From positions 90,486,052 through 90,550,051 of the forward strand of contig NC_068981.1 of the NCBI RefSeq assembly GCF_001194135.2: DNA of 64,000 nt, in the 5' to 3' direction. Of this stretch, positions 36,628 through 49,484 are shown in pieces; the stretch's first letter is position 1, and the number at the start of each line of letters is the position of its first letter. Under the pieces are notes generated by a model that saw only the letters and a program-made list of their open reading frames with translations, was not told where the DNA came from and ran no database searches. Made by a program: the position numbers and the translations under genes. This DNA is from Octopus bimaculoides. Taxonomy: Eukaryota.

Positions 36628-39600
36628 CTGTGAATAGAAATAAACAAATAGATATATATTACACACACATACACAAACAGATGCAAAACAACACAGAAGT
36701 GAAATAGTCATGGAAATATAGTTTTGAAATTTCAGCTTTACAAACAGCTGGTAGTTGTTTGTCCTGCATTACTGCCAAGTCATTGCAGACTAAGGCTTTA
36801 GGTTTACAGGAGGCCTTAAGCCTAGCACCACAAATTATGAGACACTCAATTGTTCAGGACTGCCATAGCTGCTAAAGGTGGTGAGATGTTCTTCCTACTC
36901 TACAGTACTCAGAACAGCAGCACAAAAACCACATTTGGATAAGGATAAAGGCCCTTCCCAAGTCATACAGATGCATAGGGCTGGAAAGATGAAAGGCAAA
37001 GTCGACCCCAGCAGAATTTGAACTCAGAATGTAAAGACAGATGAAATGATGTTAAGCATTTTGCCTGGCGTGCTAACGATTCTGCCAGCTTGCTGCCTTA
37101 ACCTTCTTGAGTCACGCCGACTCCTAAGGGCCAGTTTCCCTGGTTCATGGTGTATAAATTCCTGACCTGGATGGATGCCAATCCGTCACAGGATTACTCA
37201 TTTTTGCCAGCTGAGTGGACTGGAGCAATGTGAAACAAAGCGTTTTGTTTCACATTGCTCCAGCCCACTCATTAGATGAAGCATGATGAAATAGAAATTA
37301 GATATATACCCTTTTCCTTTTGGTCAGAATAATTTTGCAAAAAGAACTTCAACCATGGAATGTCTGTTTTTACTTCTAATATACTTCCATCTTCATTGAT
37401 TTCTGTAAAATATGTAAATTTAACGAGCAAATTAATTTCCTAAATTTAGATATCAAGTATTGTTATGATGTACAAGCTATAAAACAGAGATGTTAAAGAG
37501 TTAAGTATATATTAGCATGAAAATGCTACTGTATTGATATCTTATAAGGCTGACACACAAATAGAAATACCCCACAAAATCAACTTGCATCTTATAAACA
37601 CAAAGTTACTGTTTGGGTGCTGTACTGCAATGTAAAATGAATTACAAACATCTGTTCTTACAAAACTGCTCTCCAGAGTTATTATTTTCAAAAGAACAAT
37701 GCATACTAATAATAATTATTTAACCCCTTAGCATTTAAACTGGCCATGTCCAGCTCAAATATTCTCCCTGTTTTATGTTCAAACTTATCAAATTCATCTT
37801 CTCACACCTGCCTTACAATGCCATCCTAAAAATAAAACAACCACATCATCAAAAGTTCAAAGCTACAAGATAATGTATGATTAACTCAAAACAACATGAA
37901 TAAATGAGCATTACATTTAACATAATAATCTGAATGCTAAAGGGTGAATATAATACCATTCAAGAAGTAAAAAGTTTTCTTACCCTCAAAATTGTGAATG
38001 GATCTTGGACATTTTTCTTCCAATGGAACCACTACATTTTCATGAGTTTTTAAAATTTCTCTCAGGCAGCTAAGAAAAAAACAGAAAATTATATAAAACC
38101 TGACATATTTCACTAATAATAATTCTTTTTTTTACTATAGGTATAATCAGATCAGATCATCATTTAATATCCATTGTCCATGCTGGCATTGGTTGGACAG
38201 TTTCACCAGAGCTGTCAAGCTGGGGAGCTACACCAGACTCTAGCCTGATTTGGCATGGTTTCTATGGCTAGATGCCCTTCCTAACACCAACCACTTTATA
38301 GAGTGTGTTGGGTGCTTTTATGTGGCACCACATGAGCACTTTTATATAACACTGCCATGAGTGCTTTAAATCAGTCCTTAGACTAGGTGAGTGGGGCTGT
38401 CGATTAGAATTGACCCTAGTGTTCAAATAGCATGTCTTTCAATGACCCTGAGAGGATGAAAGGCAAAGTCGACCTAGGCAGAATTTGAACTCAGAACATA
38501 AAGCCAGATGAAATGCTGTTAAGCATTTTGTCCAGTGTGCTCATGATTCTGACAGGACTGACATTTAGGACTACCTGTCCGTTTGGATCGTTCGCCTTGA
38601 AAAAAATCAAAAATACAGAGAATAAACTGTAACAAAATCTGAGGTAAAATTCCTAAGGCGACTGAACTGACTATTTATCGTCATTCATTCCAGCAGCTTA
38701 TGTAGTCAAATACCATGCTCTACACTAGTTTAAACTATCCCAGTAAATAGTGAAATAGAAATCTTGATGTCAAGACACCACTGTACATCCATAAGCAGCA
38801 TGTCCATTTTGTACACTCAAAATCACAGAAGTGACACAATTTATAGTTAAAAGGAAATTAAAGAAGGTTTCTCATTGCTTTTACTAGTCAAATGATAAAC
38901 GAATGGGAATATGTATCTTGATATCAAAGTCAAATGAAATTTGTGCAAAAGGGAACAAAAAAACAAAGAAGTAAACAGCTATTCAATTACCTGTTAATAC
39001 TAGGAAGTAAATCTACCAAAATCTCTGCACGTTTTCTATTCAGCACCATCATAGAAGGCTGCTTGCAATGGTCTTTAACCAGACAGTGGTAGCCACTAGA
39101 ATGATCTTCTTGACCAAACAACGATGTCATGGGAATCTGTAGCTGATAATGCAAAAAAAACTGCTTTATAGTCTTTAAAGATAAAAAGTGTTTGGAAAGG
39201 CAAGCACCATTTTTTCATACAATACAGTGTACATATTATATAAATTAACAGCTAAAATATTTTATATGCATGAAGTAAGACACTAGGAATGCCAAGGAAA
39301 AGACTATCTTTTCATGTAATATAGTGTGCATATTATATAAATTAGCAGCTAAAATGTTTTTATAAGTATGACATAAGACTAGGAACACTAATTTGAAGTA
39401 GAGCTCCAGCATCCACTAAATATAGGCCACTACAGGACTCAACCCTTTCGTTACCATATTTATTTTGAGAAGCTCTGTCTCTTTCTATTATTTTAAATTA
39501 TAACAAGGAATTTAGTAAAATAACTTAATGTAAGGAGCATAAACTGTGACTAAGGTTTGATGGAAGATTTCAATTCAAAACTTATGAAAACACGACATTT

Positions 39601-41205
39601 GTACTATAGAGCCAGAACTGGTTTCAGCCGGGTTGGTATCGAAAGAGTTGAACCAAAAATCCATCTCTTGCAGGGAGACAGCACTGCCGATGACAAATAC
39701 ATAACATCAAACAATCTGCTTAGTCAAAACAAGTACTATGAATGTTATTGGTATAAACTAACACCTCAATCTCTTTAACTCCAACATATAAAATTAATGA
39801 TTTCTAATTTTAGCACAAGATCACAAGTGTTAGTAGATGTGTGGATTTGATTAAATTAACCCAATATATTACAATCACTCATTTTTATCAACCCCAAAGG
39901 ATGTATAGCAAAGTTGACCATGGCAAGTTTTGAACTTGGAATGTAACTAAATATTACTCCATTTGTCTGAACTGTTTAGGCATTGAGCAACCATTCATTA
40001 AGAAAGGGTCATAAATCCAGGCTTTCATACTGTTAGTGAATCATCATTTAACATCCACTTTTCCTAGCTACATAAACCAACTAGACTTTATGACAGAGCA
40101 CACAGAAAAGAAAATTAACTTCAAATGTTTTCATAAGCAAAAACCAATTTACAAAATTTCCTATATTTGATTAGCACTAAATGAAAGAAAAACACCATTA
40201 TGATTATTGGTTGACAGTTATGCCCATATTGCCCTTTTTTAGTTATAAAAACTAATACAGTTTTGACTCATATATATAACCCTTTAGCATTCAGATTTTT
40301 CTGTCAAATGTAATAGCTATTCATTCAAAGGGTTTTTAATTTATTATGCACAATCTTGTAACTTAGAGATTTTGATGATGTGATTATTTTTAGAATGACA
40401 TAGGATAGGTGTGATAGTCCAGATCTAGCTGGTTTGAGCATAAAACAAGAAGAATATTTGGGTCTGATATTGGCCGGTTTAAATGCTAAAGGGTTAAACT
40501 GGCAAAAGACCAAAACATGGACACAACACACCTTTACTACCATACTGCATGCAGTACAACTACCGCACATTATGAAATATAGTACAGAATCACACAAGAC
40601 CGTGACAAATATCACTCGTCTACCTTTGAGGGATCTGTGGGTGTCACTTGAGCATTTGACAGGAATTGATAGGGCCAAAGACTGCCTTGTGCTCCAGTGC
40701 CTTCTTTGGTGTAGTTCCTATAGCTGGATGCCCTCTCTAATACCAACCACTTTACAGTGTGTACTGGATGAATAATTCATACCACCAATACTAGTGAGGC
40801 AGTCATGTAATAGTTTGTAAGACTACCAAATGTAATATAAATAAAATAAAAGTGATAATAAAATACCTGTCCATAACCAATATATTAATCTTACCTGATG
40901 CATTGGTCTGAGAAACAAAACTCGTGATATATCAGAAGGCAATGGAGAAAGCTCTTTGATAACCTGGTCTTCCAACAGTTTTTTGCACTGTGCAAAAGAT
41001 ATCCTGGACAACTTGGGACACTTCCCAATGGAGATCTTCTTCAACACACGACATGCACTACCTAAAAGATAAACAAAAAAATTATATATTAATAAGTATG
41101 GAATTTGGTGCAGCTCTGCAGCTTACCAGTTTCAGTCAAGCTGTCTAATCCATGCCAGCATGGAAAGCAGACGTAGTAAAGATTTCTATTTACAAATATA
41201 TATTA

Positions 41206-41238
<33 letters not shown>

Positions 41239-44200
41239 CTATATGGGAGAGAAGGTAAGTTGATTACATCGACCCCAGGGTAGCCACTTTTCCTTTACAA
41301 AATAACCACTTTGTATGATTTTTAGGTGTGTAACAACAACAGCTGAAACAACAGAGGGTCATTAAAGACAACACTGTTTGTGTGATGGAAAGACCTCTGT
41401 GTTGGTAAACACAGTTAGTGTAAAGAGATGACATCTACTGGGTAAAATCTTCATATGTTCAGGGGCAATACTTACAAGAGGTTAATTTTACGACATACTT
41501 TCTAAAACAGCATTTAAGTTTGCTATATTATAATGCTGAGGAAAGTGGCGAGGTGGTGGCAGACAAAACAGCAGCATTTTGTCCATCTTTACATCCTGAG
41601 ATCAAATTCCACTGAGGTCAACTTTGCCTTTCATCTTTTCTGGGTCGATAAAATAAGCACCAGTTGAGCATTTCTTCACTGAAATTGCTGGCCTTGTGCC
41701 AAAATTTGAAACACCAATATGCTGAGGATACCATTTTAAAACATTATTTAACCCTTTATTTAGCATTCAGATTACTGTAACATGTAATGCCTGTATATTC
41801 ACATTTCATATAATTGATCATGTATTATCTCATAGCTTTGACATTTCAATGATGTAATTGTATATTTTTAGAATGACATTGTAGGGTAGGTGTGAGATGC
41901 TGAATCTGGCCAGTTTGACCATTTAGGGCTGGATATGGCCAGTTTAAATGCTAAAGTGTTAAGACAATAACAATGTGAGAACACCATTCAAACAGCATAA
42001 GGATTTAGTTTAGAATGTTTTATTCTTTTATATACACCAGTATTAATGTATACAAGATAAGCTCTAAACTTACACGAGACGGTAGCCAGATTTGGACAGT
42101 CAAGAAGGCAGAGATTTGTTATTCCAACCATATGCAATGTCAGGGTTGTCAGAGTCTTGGACTGAACTCCAAGTACCTACGAAAAAATATCAGAAAATAA
42201 AAGCAATCATGTCACATTTTGAGAGCAGCATCTTATATTTTACAAGCTATGAAAAAGAGACTACTATAATGGCAAAGATATATTATATGATTTTCTTTCT
42301 CAGACACAAGTCCTTTGTGTGAAATGTGAAAGATATGATTAATAAACTCTTTACCCAATAAATTATTTTTATTCTTTTTCTTTTATTTTACTTGTTTCAG
42401 TCATTTACCACAAAGCCACACCTGTGCCTATTTGCACATATTCTATCATAACCTATTACTACCCTTTCACAAACTGCAAACTCTGCCAGTGAGAATTGAA
42501 ATTAGAAATTCTTCCAGTTTTCACTTTGCAGGGTATGTATCAACAATATAGACAATACTTTGTTGTGATGGTCAGAATGATTGGCACTATCGAAGGTAAA
42601 GATAAAACACTAATATAGTGGTAGATTCTCAGCTTCTAGGTGGTAAGTTCTAATCAGATGTATCAATATTGTTTTACTGATTACAACTTGTTTGGTTTTA
42701 GTGATTACAACTTCTGGATGAAAGTCTGTCTCTGACAGAATACTGAATTATTTTAGGGAGAGATTTCTTTCGCATTTACTTAAGGTTAAAGTTGAGCAGT
42801 AGACTAATGTTTTCTTATGCTAAGTAAACAACTAGGTCCAACAACTGAATATTCTACTGAGAAGTTGGTAAATCATATCCTGTTTTTAGCACTGGTTTGT
42901 ATCCAACACAGTTGCTGTTTAAAAATTCCAATCTTCCTAACTTTAAATAAGTACTGCACAATAAGAATATCTTATAGCTATCAGTCATGTCAATACAACA
43001 AAACTGACAAGTGCTTCGTTGACTAATAACACTGAATTCAGTATATCCTTAGAAAAAGCAGGGCCACACCATGTTGCCTTGTTTTAAATATATTATATAA
43101 AGACCCAGACTTAAGTGATGCAACCCTCTACAGATCAAATGGCTTATGAAATTCCCCAACATGTTTTCTTCTCTACTATGTTACTAGGCACAGTGGAGGC
43201 GCAATGGCTCAGTGGTTAGGGCAGCGGACTCGCGGTCATAGGATTGCGGTTTTGATTCCCAGACCGGGCGTTGTGAGTGTTTATTGAGCGGAAACACCTA
43301 AAGCTCCACGAGGCTCCGGCAGGGGATGGTGGCGAACCCTGCTGTACTCTTTCACCACAACTTTCTCTCACTCTTACTTCCTGTTTCTGTTGTGCCTGTA
43401 ATTCAAAGGGTCAGCCTTGTCACACTGTGTCACACTGAATATCCCCGAGAACTACGTTAAGGGTACACGTGTCTGTGGAGTGCTCAGCCACTTGCATGTT
43501 AATTTCACGAGCAGGCTGTTCCGTTGACTGGATCAACTAGAACCCACGACATCGTAAGCGACGGAGTGCCAACAACAACTAGGCACAAATGGATCGTATC
43601 TAATGAGCATGTCAATGCAAGGTGATCATTCCACCTATCAGAACTAGCAACCAAATCACATTTTAAATGGTGATGGATACATCAAATGAAGTGGGTCGGG
43701 ATGCACTATGTCAGAATAAAAGATGGAAGGGTCATGACTAGAATATCTTGTCATATATCTGCTCAACCAGGAAACACATGGCGCTAAACAACAACCATTT
43801 GTATTTAGTGATGGCTCACCTGAATGTGATCTTCTTCCTGTACAGGATCACTGGTGCTGGTAGCTTGGTCACAGGTGTTCATTTTACGTTTGACTGACTT
43901 ACGCGTATAGCTGTACTTCGGACCTGATCTAGCAGTCCATCCTGACTGCACTGAATTTGAAGTGGATGACGACGACGACGATGATGATGCAGTACGAGCA
44001 GAACCACTGCTTCTGCTGCTGCTGCTGCTACCGGTATTTTGAGAATTGTTGCTACTAGTTGCTGCTGCCGATGAGGATGATGATGACGACGATGATGATG
44101 ATGTTCTCTCACTTCCACTGGCATTCTCAGCTGAATGTGAGGCTGACTTAGTGGCATCCTCATTCTCTTTTGCTTTCTTTGTAGTCTCTCGAATTTCTTC

Positions 44201-45992
44201 GCTGACAGCTTGGCAAGACTGGTTCATTTTGACAGGGCCACTGCCAGAAAATGATGATGATGACGATGATGGTGATGATGATGAAGAGGAGGAAGCGGAA
44301 GGTAATGAAGATGAAAGCAATGGTAAGGGTGAACTATCACAGCCTTTTTTGGACTTAGTTGTTGTCTTGGCACTGCTCTTCAGGACTGTTCTGAAACCAC
44401 TCCGAAGGCACTTCCCTTTCGGTGACATTGTCGACACGGTCGGAATCCCATTTCCCTCACATTTTACTTCTAAGCGAGCTTCAGCAGAATGAGAGATGCA
44501 AGAACTCGAAGGCAGGTTGTTTTCATTGAATGTACAGCACTTACTACTGTCGCTATGGTTTCCGCTGACTAAGGCATCGGTATCAGCAGAAGATTGCATA
44601 TTATCCCCTATTGCTGGTGGGACATCAGCTGATTTATCACAGGTTGGTGGCGCCACATCGAACACCATGTCTGAAGATGTCGATGACGATGTAGAAGGCT
44701 GAGGTTCAGAGACAGGAGAACAACTTTCAGAGGATTTTGCATTTGCAGAATGTTTGTCTTTTTTGTAAAGGAACTTATGAAAATATTTCTTACCGGATGA
44801 GGATCCGTTACACCTGTGCATGTGGCTGGTGGTAGTGCTTGAGCTGCACTCTCCTCCAGAAATTGCAGAGGAGGCTGACAATTTTTCTGAAAAGGCTTTG
44901 TTAGATGAACGTGACTTGGCACATTCTCCTTCCGTTTCTCCTCCTGCCGATGAAGGACAGCAATCATCCAGCTCTCTCATCCTTTTCCTTTGAGCCATAT
45001 TCATTAAGTTTTTCTTGTGTTTCCCTTGTAACCACTGATTGGCACTGTTGTGACTCCTAACATCACTGACATTATTACAACAATTTCGAACATTACTACG
45101 ACTACTACTACTACTACAACAATCATCACCAATACTATTGTTTTCATTACTACTGCTACTACAACTACTACTACAATGGCCACCTATTCCATCTTTCCCC
45201 TTGCTACTACAACTATTACTACTACTGTTGCTGCTGCTGCCACCACTGTGGGTGCATTGTTTCGAGGCTGAGGATCCACTTCCAACAGATGGAATGCTAG
45301 CGTTGTTTACAAAGTCAGACTTGCAGATATTCAAGCCACTTGTTGAGGGCTGAGCAGATGATGTATCTGTGGAGATAACACGAACTGAAGGAGTGTAGCA
45401 GGTGTATGCTCCTTTGGAGTGCAGGTCAGATTTCGTGGTACGCTTACTAGTCTTCTCTGCAGAACACTTTGTCACTTTGGTGTTTTTATGACCTGAAATG
45501 AGGTTCAAAAATTCTAATTAAATAATCATTTGACTAGCGGGAATTTACCAACAAAACTGTTTCAATAATATCCTTTTTTTTTTTTTATGAGGAAAATAAA
45601 TACATCAGCGTACTATATACAGAGAAATGTGATGTCAGAGACAGGAGCAGGGCTTTGCAAGAGACGAAGTAGTGTCATGCCAGAGATAGAAGCAACAGTT
45701 TGTGTATTGTGGGGGGAGAAAGAGAGGGAGGGAGAGAGAGGAAGAGAGAGGGTGAGAGAGGGNNNNNNNNNNNNNNNNNNNNNNNNNNNNNNNNNNNNNN
45801 NNNNNNNNNNNNNNNNNNNNNNNNNNNNNNNNNNNNNNNNNNNNNNNNNNNNNNNNNNNNNNNNNNNNNNNNNNNNNNNNNNNNNNNNNNNNNNNNNNNN
45901 NNNNNNNNNNNNNNNNNNNNNNNNNNNNNNNNNNNNNNNNNNNNNNGAGAGAGAGAGAGAGAGGGAGAGAGAGGCAGTATTATACTAGAGAA

Positions 45993-46029
<37 letters not shown>

Positions 46030-49000
46030 GCTTTATGGTAGAGATAGAGGAAATTTTATGCTAGACACAAACGTGTCTTATGCTAGAGACAGAGGTAGTG
46101 TTATGCAAGAGAGAGAGAGAGAGAGGAAGTGTTATGCTAGAGACAGAAGAAGTTTTATGCTAGAGACACAGGTATCTTATGCACGCATACGAGAGAGAGA
46201 AAGAGAGAGAGAGGTAGTGTTATGCTAGAGAATGAGGATGAATTACACCAGAGAAAGAGGCAACAGTATTTAGCTAGCCTCTGTTCTTTTAGGAATACCT
46301 GTTTTTTAAATCATCATTTTTTAAAAATTTTAAATATGTCAATATACAAAATATTCTAAGATAGATTTTATATTGCATAATAAAATACATACAAAATATA
46401 TTTTAAAGCAGTTAATAGAATTTAGTATTTAGACAACATTAACAATAGCAAAATGCAAGAAGCAGTGAAGTACCAAATTAGAAGTTTTGTTGTATTTAGA
46501 GCTATGTCTGTTTATAGTCTGAGTTCATATCTGACATTGCCTTTCATCCAAATTGATAAAATACACACCAGTCAAGTACAAGAAATAAATAAAATTCTCT
46601 TCACACTTTGTGGTCTTGAACTATTGTTGAAAACCACTATTCAGACAACATAGAAAAAATAGTATTGTATGGGTAGAGGTCATGAATTCAATACAAGGTT
46701 AAACATGTTTTTGCTCTAATGTTTTCATAAAAAGTTTAAGAGGATTTGGTTTTTCTTTAGTATAAATTTACACACTATTATGTCTTCCTACTGCTAACCA
46801 CTCAACCATCAAATAAACTGTAGATGAGATAAGCAGGATAATGTAAGTATTCTGTTCATTAATACAATGAAATGACTTCAGTAAAGATTGAATGCATGAC
46901 CACAAAGTGAATAGTACAGCATATTTACCACAATTAAGCTACACTAAAACAATTGTGTGATGAGAAATGTTAGAAAATCAGGGAAAAGAACAGGTAATCT
47001 AAAATCCTAATGATCCATAATGTCAGTGCTCGGCTCTAGTATCTATAACATTAACCCTTTTGTTACTGTATTTATTTTGAGATGCTCTGTGTTTCTTTCA
47101 ATTACTTTAAATATAACAAAGAATTTAGTAAAATAACTTAGTTATTATTCAGTTAGTGTTAGGAACATAAAATGTGACTAAGGTTTGGTAGAAGATTTTA
47201 ATTCAAAACTTATGGAAACAAGACATTTGTACTCAGAGCCAGAGTTGGTTTCAGCCGGGTTGGTAACGAAAGGGTTAAACAAATGAAAGATTTTTTTTTT
47301 TCTCCAGATAGGAGGCTAATCTGTCTTAGAGTTGTTGTTGCTTATGGTGAATTTTATCATTCACAGCAGACTCAGCAGCAAATAGCCCAAAGCTATAATG
47401 GAAGTTACTTGCTGAAGGTGCCAAACAATGAATGGAATCTAAAAGCACATGGTTTTGAATCAAGCTTCTTAATGGCACAGCCATGCCTGCATCTATTATC
47501 ATCATCATTTAGCATCCGTTTCCCATGGTGGCATAGGTTAGATGGTTTGACTAGAACTGGTACGCCAGAGAGCTCTCCAGCTTACCGGTTATAGTCAAAC
47601 CATGGTTTGGTTTCTATGGTTGGATGCCCTTCATAAAGCAAACCTCTCCACAGAGTGTACTGGATGCCTTTAATGTGTCACCAGTACAGGTACCGTTTAC
47701 ATGTCACAAGTGCCATTTACATGTCACCAGCACTGGCCACGAATACAATTTCACTTAGTTCAAAAGGTCTTCTCAAGCATAGCAAATCACCAAAAGTCTT
47801 AGTTACTTGTCATCACCTCTGTGAGACTATCAACGTCTCTGCGAGACTCAATAAATAAATAAATAAAGTTAGTAATGTTCCAAATTCTTGAATTAAAAAA
47901 AATTCTAGACATGCAAAGGCATGAGATATTCAAGTAAGAAATACGGTTTCAGAAAGGGGTTTCTTAAAAAATTAAAAAAATCGTTAATTACATCACACGA
48001 ATAATGAAATACTTACCAAAATGATGGTTGACCCGTTTGTTTGCAATGACAGAGGTACAACAACAAGTATGATTAAGTCCTGAGGGACCAGCCTTAACAG
48101 CTGAGTACAAGTTGTTCTGCTCTGTCAGATAATTGTGATTATTACCCATAGCCAGTTGGTTAGGCACATGTCTGTTTGAACTGCTGTCCCCAGGTTCAAT
48201 TCTCTGCCCATCTTCAGAAGATGACTCACCATCTTGACTTTTCTTATCATTGATTTCACATGATTTCTGACCGCTGCTAGAATTTTCTTTACTACGTAGA
48301 AGACTATTTTTCTTCCCACTCTGTTTTGGAACTGAATCAGAACTGTTACCGGCAACATTGGTGGCGTAATCCTGCTGAGATGGTGCTACACAGTTCTGAC
48401 TGGTTGAAGGTGTAGAACACTGACAAGTGGAGATGGGATGTGACGAACAATGTACAGGTGATTGATGGGGGGAAGAATCTCGAGAGAGTGGGAGTGGTGA
48501 CTGTGAAGTTGAGTGTTCAGGCAATAGCGGTGGTGACAATGGTTGTGCTGATGTTGCCAATGGTGCAAGTTGGTCAGGAGGTGGTGGTAAGGGTGGTGGA
48601 GGTTGTTCCGGTGAAGGTGGCAACGGTGGGGGTGAAGGTGGCAATGGAGGAGGTGACATTTGAGGAGGAGGGGGAGGGTATGCTGCTGCTTCAGCTTCTG
48701 CATTGTTGTGTTGAGGTTCTGCTTCTGCAGGTGCTGCTGCTGCTGGAGGCACAGGAGCAGCTTGAGCTGGAGGTTGGTCCCCTTGATTATTTGCAGCCCC
48801 AGCACCTGCAGCATTTGGTTGGTTATGGGCATCGGCTCCATTATTCTGTACAAGAGCAGATGAAACTCCAAGCCCAGTCCCGGCACTAAGGCCAACTCTG
48901 TTAAAAGAAACAAACAAAAAACACCTTAACCCTTTAGCATTTAAACTGCCCATATCAGACTGAAATATCCTACCTGTTTTATGTTCAAACTAGCCATATC

Positions 49001-49445
49001 TGACCCCTCACATGTAAAAATAAACATTCACGTCATAGAAATCTCAAAGCTACAAGTTAATGCATGATTAAGTTCAAAACAAAGTGAATGAATAAGTATT
49101 ACATTTGGTAGAGTAATCTGAATACTAAAGGGTTAAGTGACATAACTAAATGCTACTTTAGTAGTTATTTAATTTATGCACATTTATTGCTATTATGATG
49201 ACACCCTTCCTTCAGATTTGAATGAGATCCTCTTTTATTTTTTATTTTTTACTTGTTTCAGTCATTTGACTGCAGCCATGCTGGAGCACCGCCTTTAGTC
49301 GAGAAAATCGACCCCAGGACTTATTCTTTGTAAGCCTAGTACTTATTCTATTGGTCTCTTTTTGCTGAACCGCTAAGTTACGGGGACGTAAACACACCAA
49401 CATCGGTTGTCAAGCGATGGTGGGGGGACAAACACAGACACACAA

Positions 49446-49484
<39 letters not shown>

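Noticed and set aside
43879-45353. Several overlapping ORFs (44046-44492 +, 45050-45271 +, 43879-44163 - and others)
   Set aside because: Antisense or alternative frames of the trinucleotide-rich FBXO38 exon 8.
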